Assembly (NCBI GenBank): GCA_046563655.1
Contig: JAJCTO010000015.1
Coordinates: 124,001 to 188,000 of the forward strand
Reading direction: 5' to 3'
Length of the DNA stretch: 64,000 nucleotides
DNA from: Yuukianura sp. NJ FZ-2021
Lineage: Eukaryota
Part shown: in pieces, positions 50,701-64,000 of the stretch
Layout of the letters: each line of letters begins with the position of its first letter
Numbering within the stretch: position 1 is the stretch's first letter
Notes under the pieces: model-generated
Told to the model about the DNA's origin: nothing
The model's database searches: none
Seen by the model: the letters and a program-made list of their open reading frames with translations, nothing else
Made by a program: the position numbers and the translations under genes

Positions 50701-53700
50701 GTACATGCTGTTTGTATTGAGGCGTATACATTGACGTTCCTAAGCAATTTTTTTGAGTGAAACCCATACAGTCTACCGGTGGCAAGCGTATCTTCACCTG
50801 GATTCTAATCTGTCTGTAACTTTGCTCGTGAAAAAGAACAGTTGTTTGATTCAAAACTTTGTTCATAAGTCTAACAGTGTTATTCTTACCATCAGGTTCT
50901 AATTTACCTTTGAAGGAATTTCTTGGAATGGGAAGAACACTTCAAGTTTTCCTAGGAATTCTTAGCCGTGACAGGCGCTATGTAACAAAAGACGAATATA
51001 GTTGTTAGGTCTCAACACCACCGGTAGCAAAGCGGATTACGAAGGCAAATACAGTCCATTGCACACTTTCACTCAATGATATCGGTCACCAAAAACCATT
51101 AGCAGTCACGTCCTGTACATGCTGTTTGTATTGAGGCGTATACATTGACGTTCCTAAGCAATTTTTTTGAGTGAAACCCATACAGTCTACCGGTGGCAAG
51201 CGTATCTTCACCTGGATTCTAATCTGTCTGTAACTTTGCTCGTGAAAAAGAACAGTTGTTTGATTCAAAACTTTGTTCACAAGTCTAACAGTTTTATTCT
51301 TACCATCAGGTTCTAATTTAGCCTTTGAAGGAATTTCTTGGAATGGGAAGTACACTTCAAGTTTTCCTAGGAATTCTGAGCCGTGACACGCGACATGAAC
51401 AAAAGACGAATATAGTTGTTAGGTCTCAACACCACCGGTAGCAAAGCGGATTTCGAAAGCAAATACAGTCCGTTGCACACTTTCACTCAATGATATCGGT
51501 CACCAAAAACCATTAGCAGTCACGTCCTGTACATGCTGTTTGTATTGTGGCGTATACATTGACGTTCCTAAGCAATTTTTTTGAGTGAAACCCACCCAGT
51601 CTACCGGTGGCAAGCGTATCTTCACCTGGATTCTAATCTGTCTGTAACTTTGCTCGTGAAGGAGAACCACTGTTTGATTCAAAACTTTGATCATAAAGTT
51701 TTATTCTTACGATCAGGGTCTAATTTAGCCTTTGAAGGAATTTCTTGGAATGGGAAGTACACTTCAAGTTTTCCTCGGAATTCTCAGCCGTGACAGGCGA
51801 TATGTACAAAAGACGAATATAGTTGTTAGGTCTCAACACCACCGGTAGCAAAGCGGATTTCGAAAGCAAATACAGTCCGTTGCACACTTTCACTCAATGA
51901 TATCTCTCACCAAAAACCATTAGCAGTCACGTCCTGTACATGCTGTTTGTATTGAGGCGTATACATTGACGTTCCTAAGCAATTTTTTTGAGTGAAACCC
52001 ACACAGTCTACCCGTGGCAAGCGTATCTTCACCTGGATTCTAATCTGTCTGTAACTTTGCTCGTGAAAAAGAACAGTTGTTTGATTCAAAACTTTGTTCA
52101 TAAGTCTAACAGTTTTATTCTTACCATCAGGTTCTAATTTAGCCTTTGAAGGAATTTCTTGGAATGGGAAGTACACTTCAAGTTTTCCTCGGAATTCTCA
52201 GCCGTGACACGCGACATGAACAAAAGACGAATAAAGTTGTTAGGTCTCGACACCACCGGTAGCAAAGCGGATTACGAAGGCAAATACAGTCCATTGCACA
52301 CTTTCACTCAATGATATCGGTCACCAAAAACCATTAGCAGTCACGTCCTGTACATGCTGTTTGTATTGAGGCGTATACATTGACGTTCCTAAGCAATTTT
52401 TTTGAGTGAAACCCATACAGTCTACCCGTGGCAAGCGTATCTTCACCTGGATTCTAATCTGTCTGTAACTTTGCTCGTGAAAAAGAACAGTTGTTTGATT
52501 CAAAACTTTGTTCATAAGTCTAACAGTGTTATTCTTACCATCAGGTTCTAATTTAGCTTTGAAGGAATTTCTTGGAATGGGAAGAACACTTCAAGTTTTC
52601 CTCGGAATTCTCAGCCGTGACACGCGACATGAACAAAAGACGAATAAAGTTGTTAGGTCTCGACACCACCGGTAGCAAAGCGGATTACGAAGGCAAATAC
52701 AGTCCATTGCACACTTTCACTCAATGATATCGGTCACCAAAAACCATTAGCAGTCACGTCCTGTACATGCTGTTTGTATTGAGGCGTATACATTGACGTT
52801 CCTAAGCAATTTTTTTGAGTGAAACCCATACAGTCTACCGGTGGCAAGCGTATCTTCACCTGGATTCTAATCTGTCTGTAACTTTGCTCGTGAAAAAGAA
52901 CAGTTGTTTGATTCAAAACTTTGTTCATAAGTCTAACAGTTTTATTCTTACCATCAGGTTCTAATTTAGCCTTTGAAGGAATTTCTTGGAATGGGAAGTA
53001 CACTTCAAGTTTTCCTCGGAATTCTGAGCCGTGACACGCGACATGAACAAAAGACGAATATAGTTGTTAGGTCTCAACACCACCGGTAGCAAAGCGGATT
53101 ACGAAGGCAAATACAGTCCATTGCACACTTTCACTCAATGATATCGGTCACCAAAAACCATTAGCAGTCACGTCCTGTACATGCTGTTTGTATTGAGGCG
53201 TATACATTGACGTTCCTAAGCAATTTTTTTGAGTGAAACCCATACAGTCTACCCGTGGCAAGCGTATCTTCACCTGGATTCTAATCTGTCTGTAACTTTG
53301 CTCGTGAAAAAGAACAGTTGTTTGATTCAAAACTTTGTTCATAAGTCTAACAGTTTTATTCTTACCATCAGGTTCTAATTTAGCCTTTGAAGGAATTTCT
53401 TGGAATGGGAAGTACACTTCAAGTTTTCCTCGGAATTCTCAGCCGTGACACGCGACATGAACAAAAGACGAATAAAGTTGTTAGGTCTCGACACCACCGG
53501 TAGCAAAGCGGATTACGAAGGCAAATACAGTCCATTGCACACTTTCACTCAATGATATCGGTCACCAAAAACCATTAGCAGTCACGTCCTGTACATGCTG
53601 TTTGTATTGAGGCGTATACATTGACGTTCCTAAGCAATTTTTTTGAGTGAAACCCATACAGTCTACCGGTGGCAAGCGTATCTTCACCTGGATTCTAATC

Positions 53701-56700
53701 TGTCTGTAACTTTGCTCGTGAAGGAGAACCACTGTTTGATTCAAAACTTTGTTCATAAAGTTTTATTCTTACGATCAGGTTCTAATTTACCTTTGAAGGA
53801 ATTTCTTGGAATGGGAAGTACACTTCAAGTTTTCCTCGGAATTCTCAGCCGTGACAGGCGATATGTACAAAAGACGAATATAGTTGTTAGGTCTCAACAC
53901 CACCGGTAGCAAAGCGGATTTCGAAAGCAAATACAGTCCGTTGCACACTTTCACTCAATGATATCGCCCACCAAAAACCATTAGCAGTCACGTCCTGTAC
54001 ATGCTGTTTGTATTGAGGCGTATACATTGACGTTCCTAAGCAATTTTTTTGAGTGAAACCCACACAGTCTACCCGTGGCAAGCGTATCTTCACCTGGATT
54101 CTAATCTGTCTGTAACTTTGCTCGTGAAAAAGAACAGTTGTTTGATTCAAAACTTTGTTCATAAGTCTAACAGTTTTATTCTTACCATCAGGTTCTAATT
54201 TAGCCTTTGAAGGAATTTCTTGGAATGGGAAGTACACTTCAAGTTTTCCTCGGAATTCTCAGCCGTGACACGCGACATGAACAAAAGACGAATAAAGTTG
54301 TTAGGTCTCGACACCACCGGTAGCAAAGCGGATTACGAAGGCAAATACAGTCCATTGCACACTTTCACTCAATGATATCGGTCACCAAAAACCATTAGCA
54401 GTCACGTCCTGTACATGCTGTTTGTATTGAGGCGTATACATTGACGTTCCTAAGCAATTTTTTTGAGTGAAACCCATACAGTCTACCGGTGGCAAGCGTA
54501 TCTTCACCTGGATTCTAATCTGTCTGTAACTTTGCTCGTGAAAAAGAACAGTTGTTTGATTCAAAACTTTGTTCATAAGTCTAACAGTGTTATTCTTACC
54601 ATCAGGTTCTAATTTAGCTTTGAAGGAATTTCTTGGAATGGGAAGAACACTTCAAGTTTTCCTCGGAATTCTCAGCCGTGACAGGCGACATGAACAAAAG
54701 ACGAATAAAGTTGTTAGGTCTCGACACCACCGGTAGCAAAGCGGATTACGAAGGCAAATACAGTCCATTGCACACTTTCACTCAATGATATCGGTCACCA
54801 AAAACCATTAGCAGTCACGTCCTGTACATGCTGTTTGTATTGAGGCGTATACATTGACGTTCCTAAGCAATTTTTTGAGTGAAACCCGTACAGTCTACCC
54901 GGTGGCAAGCGTATCTTCACCTGGATTCTAATCTGTCTGTAACTTTGCTCGTGAAAAAGAACAGTTGTTTGATTCAAAACTTTGTTCATAAGTCTAACAG
55001 TGTTATTCTTACCATCAGGTTCTAATTTAGCCTTTGAAGGAATTTCTTGGAATGGGAAGAACACTTCAAGTTTTCCTAGGAATTCTTAGCCGTGACACGC
55101 GACATGAACAAAAGACGAATATAGTTGTTAGGTCTCAACACCACCGGTAGCAAAGCGGATTACGAAGGCAAATACAGTCCATTGCACACTTTCACTCAAT
55201 GATATCGGTCACCAAAAACCATTAGCAGTCACGTCCTGTACATGCTGTTTGTATTGAGGCGTATACATTGACGTTCCTAAGCAATTTTTTTGAGTGAAAC
55301 CCATACAGTCTACCGGTGGCAAGCGTATCTTCACCTGGATTCTAATCTGTCTGTAACTTTGCTCGTGAAAAAGAACAGTTGTTTGATTCAAAACTTTGTT
55401 CATAAGTCTAACAGTTTTATTCTTACCATCAGGTTCTAATTTAGCCTTTGAAGGAATTTCTTGGAATGGGAAGTACACTTCAAGTTTTCCTCGGAATTCT
55501 CAGCCGTGACAGGCGACATGAACAAAAGACGAATAAAGTTGTTAGGTCTCGACACCACCGGTAGCAAAGCGGATTACGGAAAGGCAAATACAGTCCATTG
55601 CACACTTTCACTCAATGATATCGGTCACCAAAAACCATTAGCAGTCACGTCCTGTACATGCTGTTTGTATTGAGGCGTATACATTGACGTTCCTAAGCAA
55701 TTTTTTTGAGTGAAACCCATACAGTCTACCGGTGGCAAGCGTATCTTCACCTGGATTCTAATCTGTCTGTAACTTTGCTCGTGAAAAAGAACAGTTGTTT
55801 GATTCAAAACTTTGTTCATAAGTCTAACAGTGTTATTCTTACCATCAGGTTCTAATTTAGCTTTGAAGGAATTTCTTGGAATGGGAAGAACACTTCAAGT
55901 TTTCCTAGGAATTCTGAGCCGTGACACGCGACATGAACAAAAGACGAATATAGTTGTTAGGTCTCAACACCACCGGTAGCAAAGCGGATTACGAAGGCAA
56001 ATACAGTCCATTGCACACTTTCACTCAATGATATCGGTCACCAAAAACCATTAGCAGTCACGTCCTGTACATGCTGTTTGTATTGAGGCGTATACATTGA
56101 CGTTCCTAAGCAATTTTTTTGAGTGAAACCCATACAGTCTACCGGTGGCAAGCGTATCTTCACCTGGATTCTAATCTGTCTGTAACTTTGCTCGTGAAAA
56201 AGAACAGTTGTTTGATTCAAAACTTTGTTCATAAGTCTAACAGTGTTATTCTTACCATCAGGTTCTAATTTACCTTTGAAGGAATTTCTTGGAATGGGAA
56301 GAACACTTCAAGTTTTCCTAGGAATTCTTAGCCGTGACAGGCGCTATGTACAAAAGACGAATATAGTTGTTAGGTCTCAACACCACCGGTAGCAAAGCGG
56401 ATTACGAAGGCAAATACAGTCCATTGCACACTTTCACTCAATGATATCGGTCACCAAAAACCATTAGCAGTCACGTCCTGTACATGCTGTTTGTATTGAG
56501 GCGTATACATTGACGTTCCTAAGCAATTTTTTTGAGTGAAACCCATACAGTCTACCGGTGGCAAGCGTATCTTCACCTGGATTCTAATCTGTCTGTAACT
56601 TTGCTCGTGAAAAAGAACAGTTGTTTGATTCAAAACTTTGTTCATAAGTCTAACAGTTTTATTCTTACCATCAGGTTCTAATTTAGCCTTTGAAGGAATT

Positions 56701-59700
56701 TCTTGGAATGGGAAGTACACTTCAAGTTTTCCTAGGAATTCTGAGCCGTGACAGGCGACATGAACAAAAGACGAATAAAGTTGTTAGGTCTCGACACCAC
56801 CGGTAGCAAAGCGGATTTCGAAAGCAAATACAGTCCGTTGCACACTTTCACTCAATGATATCGGTCACCAAAAACCATTAGCAGTCACGTCCTGTACATG
56901 CTGTTTGTATTGTGGCGTATACATTGACGTTCCTAAGCAATTTTTTTGAGTGAAACCCACACAGTCTACCGGTGGCAAGCGTATCTTCACCTGGATTCTA
57001 ATCTGTCTGTAACTTTGCTCGTGAAAGAGAACCACTGTTTGATTCAAAACTTTGTTCATAAAGTTTTATTCTTAGGATCAGGGTCTAATTTAGCCTTTGA
57101 AGGAATTTCTTGGAATGGGAAGTACACTTCAAGTTTTCCTAGGAATTCTTAGCCGTGACAGGCGCTATGTAACAAAAGACGAATATAGTTGTTAGGTCTC
57201 AACACCACCGGTAGCAAAGCGGATTACGAAGGCAAATACAGTCCATTGCACACTTTCACTCAATGATATCGGTCACCAAAAACCATTAGCAGTCACGTCC
57301 TGTACATGCTGTTTGTATTGAGGCGTATACATTGACGTTCCTAAGCAATTTTTTTGAGTGAAACCCATACAGTCTACCGGTGGCAAGCGTATCTTCACCT
57401 GGATTCTAATCTGTCTGTAACTTTGCTCGTGAAAAAGAACAGTTGTTTGATTCAAAACTTTGTTCACAAGTCTAACAGTTTTATTCTTACCATCAGGTTC
57501 TAATTTAGCCTTTGAAGGAATTTCTTGGAATGGGAAGTACACTTCAAGTTTTCCTAGGAATTCTGAGCCGTGACACGCGACATGAACAAAAGACGAATAT
57601 AGTTGTTAGGTCTCAACACCACCGGTAGCAAAGCGGATTACGAAAGGCAAATACAGTCCGTTGCACACTTTCACTCAATGATATCGGTCACCAAAAACCA
57701 TTAGCAGTCACGTCCTGTACATGCTGTTTGTATTGAGGCGTATACATTGACGTTCCTAAGCAATTTTTTTGAGTGAAACCCACACAGTCTACCGGTGGCA
57801 AGCGTATCTTCACCTGGATTCTAATCTGTCTGTAACTTTGCTCGTGAAAAAGAACAGTTGTTTGATTCAAAACTTTGTTCATAACAGTTTTATTCTTACC
57901 ATCAGGTTCTAATTTAGCCTTTGAAGGAATTTCTTGGAATGGGAAGTACACTTCAAGTTTTCCTCGGAATTCTCAGCCGTGACAGGCGACATGAACAAAA
58001 GACGAATAAAGTTGTTAGGTCTCGACACCACCGGTAGCAAAGCGGATTTGGAAAGCAAATACTGTCCGTTGCACACTTTCACTCAATGATATCGGTCACC
58101 AAAAACCATTAGCAGTCACGTCCTGTACATGCTGTTTGTATTGAGGCGTATACATTGACGTTCCTAAGCAATTTTTTTGAGTGAAACCCACACAGTCTAC
58201 CGGTGGCAAGCGTATCTTCACCTGGATTCTAATCTGTCTGCAACTTTGCTGGTGAAAGAGAACCATTGTTTGTTTCAAAACTTTGTTCATAAAGTTTTAT
58301 TCTTACCATCAGGTTCTAATTTAGCCTTTGAAGGAATTTCTTGGAATGGGAAGTACACTTCAAGTTTTCCTAGGAATTCTGAGCCGTGACAGGCGCTATG
58401 AACAAAAGACGAATATAGTTGTTAGGTCTCAACACCACCGGTAGCAAAGCGGATTACGAAGGCAAATACAGTCCATTGCACACTTTCACTCAATGATATC
58501 GGTCACCAAAAACCATTAGCAGTCACGTCCTGTACATGCTGTTTGTATTGAGGCGTATACATTGACGTTCCTAAGCAATTTTTTGAGTGAAACCCATACA
58601 GTCTACCGGTGGCAAGCGTATCTTCACCTGGATTCTAATCTGTCTGTAACTTTGCTCGTGAAAAAGAACAGTTGTTTGATTCAAAACTTTGTTCATAAGT
58701 CTAACAGTTTTATTCTTACCATCAGGTTCTAATTTAGCCTTTGAAGGAATTTCTTGGAATGGGAAGTACACTTCAAGTTTTCCTCGGAATTCTCAGCCGT
58801 GACAGGCGACATGAACAAAAGACGAATAAAGTTGTTAGGTCTCGACACCACCGGTAGCAAAGCGGATTTGGAAAGGCAAATACTGTCCGTTGCACACTTT
58901 CACTCAATGATATCGCTCACCAAAAACCATTAGCAGTCACGTCCTGTACATGCTGTTTGTATTGAGGCGTATACATTGACGTTCCTAAGCAATTTTTTGA
59001 GTGAAACCCACCCAGTCTACCGGTGGCAAGCGTATCTTCACCTGGATTCTAATCTGTCTGTAACTTTGCTCGTGAAGGAGAACCACTGTTTGATTCAAAA
59101 CTTTGATCATAAAGTTTTATTCTTACGATCAGGGTCTAATTTAGCCTTTGAAGGAATTTCTTGGAATGGGAAGTACACTTCAAGTTTTCCTCGGAATTCT
59201 CAGCCGTGACAGGCGATATGTAACAAAAGACGAATATAGTTGTTAGGTCTCAACACCACCGGTAGCAAAGCGGATTTCGAAAGCAAATACAGTCCGTTGC
59301 ACACTTTCACTCAATGATATCTCTCACCAAAAACCATTAGCAGTCACGTCCTGTACATGCTGTTTGTATTGAGGCGTATACATTGACGTTCCTAAGCAAT
59401 TTTTTTGAGTGAAACCCACACAGTCTACCCGGTGGCAAGCGTATCTTCACCTGGATTCTAATCTGTCTGTAACTTTGCTCGTGAAAGAGAACCACTGTTT
59501 GATTCAAAACTTTGATCATAAAGTTTTATTCTTACGATCAGGGTCTAATTTAGCCTTTGAAGGAATTTCTTGGAATGGGAAGTACACTTCAAGTTTTCCT
59601 CGGAATTCTCAGCCGTGACAGGCGACATGAACAAAAGACGAATAAAGTTGTTAGGTCTCGACACCACCGGTAGCAAAGCGGATTTGGAAAGCAAATACTG

Positions 59701-62700
59701 TCCGTTGCACACTTTCACTCAATGATATCGCTCACCAAAAACCATTAGCAGTCACGTCCTGTACATGCTGTTTGTATTGTGGCGTATAAATTGACGTTCC
59801 TAAGCAATTTTTTGAGTGAAACCCACACAGTCTACCGGTGGCAAGCGTATCTTCACCTGGATTCTAATCTGTCTGTAACTTTGCTCGTGAAAAAGAACAG
59901 TTGTTTGATTCAAAACTTTGTTCATAAGTCTAACAGTGTTATTCTTACCATCAGGTTCTAATTTAGCCTTTGAAGGAATTTCTTGGAATGGGAAGAACAC
60001 TTCAAGTTTTCCTAGGAATTCTTAGCCGTGACAGGCGCTATGTACAAAAGACGAATAAAGTTGTTAGGTCTCGACACCACCGGTAGCAAAGCGGATTTGG
60101 AAAGCAAATACTGTCCGTTGCACACTTTCACTCAATGATATCGGTCACCAAAAACCATTAGCAGTCACGTCCTGTACATGCTGTTTGTATTGAGGCGTAT
60201 ACATTGACGTTCCTAAGCAATTTTTTTGAGTGAAACCCATACAGTCTACCGGTGGCAAGCGTATCTTCACCTGGATTCTAATCTGTCTGTAACTTTGCTC
60301 GTGAAAAAGAACAGTTGTTTGATTCAAAACTTTGTTCATAAGTCTAACAGTGTTATTCTTACCATCAGGTTCTAATTTAGCCTCTGAAGGAATTTCTTGG
60401 AATGGGAAGAACACTTCAAGTTTTCCTAGGAATTCTTAGCCGTGACACGGCGACATGAACAAAAGACGAATATAGTTGTTAGGTCTCAACACCACCGGTA
60501 GCAAAGCGGATTACGAAGGCAAATACAGTCCATTGCACACTTTCACTCAATGATATCGGTCACCAAAAACCATTAGCAGTCACGTCCTGTACATGCTGTT
60601 TGTATTGAGGCGTATACATTGACGTTCCTAAGCAATTTTTTTGAGTGAAACCCATACAGTCTACCGGTGGCAAGCGTATCTTCACCTGGATTCTAATCTG
60701 TCTGTAACTTTGCTCGTGAAAAAGAACAGTTGTTTGATTCAAAACTTTGTTCATAAGTCTAACAGTTTTATTCTTACCATCAGGTTCTAATTTAGCCTTT
60801 GAAGGAATTTCTTGGAATGGGAAGTACACTTCAAGTTTTCCTAGGAATTCTGAGCCGTGACAGGCGCTATGTACAAAAGACGAATATAGTTGTTAGGTCT
60901 CAACACCACCGGTAGCAAAGCGGATTACGAAGGCAAATACAGTCCATTGCACACTTTCACTCAATGATATCGGTCACCAAAAACCATTAGCAGTCACGTC
61001 CTGTACATGCTGTTTGTATTGAGGCGTATACATTGACGTTCCTAAGCAATTTTTTTGAGTGAAACCCATACAGTCTACCGGTGGCAAGCGTATCTTCACC
61101 TGGATTCTAATCTGTCTGTAACTTTGCTCGTGAAAAAGAACAGTTGTTTGATTCAAAACTTTGTTCATAAGTCTAACAGTTTTATTCTTACCATCAGGTT
61201 CTAATTTAGCCTTTGAAGGAATTTCTTGGAATGGGAAGTACACTTCAAGTTTTCCTCGGAATTCTCAGCCGTGACAGGCGACATGAACAAAAGACGAATA
61301 AAGTTGTTAGGTCTCGACACCACCGGTAGCAAAGCGGATTTGGAAAGCAAATACTGTCCGTTGCACACTTTCACTCAATGATATCGCTCACCAAAAACCA
61401 TTAGCAGTCACGTCCTGTACATGCTGTTTGTATTGAGGCGTATACATTGACGTTCCTAAGCAATTTTTTTGAGTGAAACCCACACAGTCTACCGGTGGCA
61501 AGCGTATCTTCACCTGGATTCTAATCTGTCTGTAACTTTGCTCGTGAAGGAGAACCACTTGTTTGATTCAAAACTTTGTTCATAAAGTTTTATTCTTACG
61601 ATCAGGGTCTAATTTAGCCTTTGAAGGAATTTCTAGGAATGGGAAGTACACTTCAAGTTTTCCTCGGAATTCTCAGCCGTGACAGGCGATATGTACAAAA
61701 GACGAATATAGTTGTTAGGTCTCAACACCACCGGTAGCAAAGCGGATTTCGAAAGCAAATACAGTCCGTTGCACACTTTCACTCAATGATATCTCTCACC
61801 AAAAACCATTAGCAGTCACGTCCTGTACATGCTGTTTGTATTGAGGCGTATACATTGACGTTCCTAAGCAATTTTTTTGAGTGAAACCCACACAGTCTAC
61901 CCGTGGCAAGCGTATCTTCACCTGGATTCTAATCTGTCTGTAACTTTGCTCGTGAAAGAGAACCACTGTTTGATTCAAAACTTTGATCATAAAGTTTTAT
62001 TCTTACGATCAGGGTCTAATTTAGCCTTTGAAGGAATTTCTTGGAATGGGAAGTACACTTCAAGTTTTCCTCGGAATTCTCAGCCGTGACAGGCGACATG
62101 AACAAAAGACGAATAAAGTTGTTAGGTCTCGACACCACCGGTAGCAAAGCGGATTTGGAAAGCAAATACTGTCCGTTGCACACTTTCACTCAATGATATC
62201 GCTCACCAAAAACCATTAGCAGTCACGTCCTGTACATGCTGTTTGTATTGTGGCGTATACATTGACGTTCCTAAGCAATTTTTTTGAGTGAAACCCACAC
62301 AGTCTACCGGTGGCAAGCGTATCTTCACCTGGATTCTAATCTGTCTGTAACTTTGCTCGTGAAAAAGAACAGTTGTTTGATTCAAAACTTTGTTCATAAG
62401 TCTAACAGTGTTATTCTTACCATCAGGTTCTAATTTAGCCTTTGAAGGAATTTCTTGGAATGGGAAGAACACTTCAAGTTTTCCTAGGAATTCTTAGCCG
62501 TGACAGGCGCTATGTACAAAAGACGAATAAAGTTGTTAGGTCTCGACACCACCGGTAGCAAAGCGGATTTCGAAAGCAAATACAGTCCGTTGCACACTTT
62601 CACTCAATGATATCGGTCACCAAAAACCATTAGCAGTCACGTCCTGTACATGCTGTTTGTATTGAGGCGTATACATTGACGTTCCTAAGCAATTTTTTTG

Positions 62701-64000
62701 AGTGAAACCCATACAGTCTACCGGTGGCAAGCGTATCTTCACCTGGATTCTAATCTGTCTGTAACTTTGCTCGTGAAAAAGAACAGTTGTTTGATTCAAA
62801 ACTTTGTTCATAAGTCTAACAGTGTTATTCTTACCATCAGGTTCTAATTTAGCCTCTGAAGGAATTTCTTGGAATGGGAAGAACACTTCAAGTTTTCCTA
62901 GGAATTCTTAGCCGTGACACGGCGACATGAACAAAAGACGAATATAGTTGTTAGGTCTCAACACCACCGGTAGCAAAGCGGATTACGAAGGCAAATACAG
63001 TCCATTGCACACTTTCACTCAATGATATCGGTCACCAAAAACCATTAGCAGTCACGTCCTGTACATGCTGTTTGTATTGAGGCGTATACATTGACGTTCC
63101 TAAGCAATTTTTTTGAGTGAAACCCATACAGTCTACCGGTGGCAAGCGTATCTTCACCTGGATTCTAATCTGTCTGTAACTTTGCTCGTGAAAAAGAACA
63201 GTTGTTTGATTCAAAACTTTGTTCATAAGTCTAACAGTTTTATTCTTACCATCAGGTTCTAATTTAGCCTTTGAAGGAATTTCTTGGAATGGGAAGTACA
63301 CTTCAAGTTTTCCTCGGAAATTCTCAGCCGTGACAGGCGACATGAACAAAAGACGAATAAAGTTGTTAGGTCTCGACACCACCGGTAGCAAAGCGGATTA
63401 CGAAGGCAAATACAGTCCATTGCACACTTTCACTCAATGATATCGGTCACCAAAAACCATTAGCAGTCACGTCCTGTACATGCTGTTTGTATTGAGGCGT
63501 ATACATTGACGTTCCTAAGCAATTTTTTTGAGTGAAACCCATACAGTCTACCGGTGGCAAGCGTATCTTCACCTGGATTCTAATCTGTCTGTAACTTTGC
63601 TCGTGAAAGAGAACCACTGTTTGATTCAAAACTTTGATCATAAAGTTTTATTCTTACGATCAGGGTCTAATTTAGCCTTTGAAGGAATTTCTTGGAATGG
63701 GAAGTACACTTCAAGTTTTCCTAGGAATTCTGAGCCGTGACAGGCGACATGAACAAAAGACGAATAAAGTTGTTAGGTCTCGAACACCACCGGTAGCAAA
63801 GCGGATTTGGAAAGCAAATACTGTCCGTTGCACACTTTCACTCAATGATATCGCTCACCAAAAACCATTAGCAGTCACGTCCTGTACATGCTGTTTGTAT
63901 TGTGGCGTATAAATTGACGTTCCTAAGCAATTTTTTTGAGTGAAACCCACACAGTCTACCGGTGGCAAGCGTATCTTCACCTGGATTCTAATCTGTCTGT
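47778..64000. repeat. Satellite B array 2: at least 39 units, running off the window end
   Basis: 407-415-bp periodicity throughout. Confidence 0.97.

Larger units (their letters stand above)
38341..51050. repeat. Second copy of the 16404-~29100 block (offset ~21.92-21.94 kb)
   Basis: Same order and junctions for the capsid insert, satellite A variants, gag island and first 8 satellite B units. ORF offsets are 21938, 21923, 21926 and 21927. Confidence 0.93.

Noticed and set aside
25869..63912. Repeated 60-119-aa ORFs (MNKVLNQTTVLFHEQ..., MSETHTVY...) on both strands
   Set aside because: They are translations of satellite B, frequently broken by T-run length changes.
27..64000. CRISPR-like array
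   Set aside because: No unique spacers, units are hundreds of bp long, there are no cas genes, and the context is eukaryotic.

Overview
Eukaryotic (probably invertebrate) heterochromatic or (peri)centromeric-type DNA, about 80% tandem satellite. Satellite A (371/372-bp long units interspersed with 155-bp short units) starts at about nt 27 and runs to 20998. It is interrupted at 16547-17316 by a 770-bp insert carrying a decayed Polinton/Maverick (adintovirus-like) major capsid gene fragment and an AT-rich palindrome cluster. At 20999-25824 a minus-strand Ty3/gypsy-like island separates satellite A from satellite B (407/413/414-bp units). The island reads LTR-B, PBS, intact 419-aa Gag-B with no pol, ~800 bp of 3' sequence, PPT-like tract, LTR-A, PBS, frameshifted Gag-A, cut off by satellite A. 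The block from ~16404 to ~29100 recurs about 21.93 kb downstream (38341 to ~51050), and satellite B then continues to the window end. The most notable signal is this pol-less, two-Gag tandem. Its middle LTR is shared, its two LTRs are homologous but highly diverged, and its Gags have oppositely charged nucleocapsid regions. Nearly all short ORFs in the track are satellite artefacts. All homology calls come from motif recognition by eye, not database searches.
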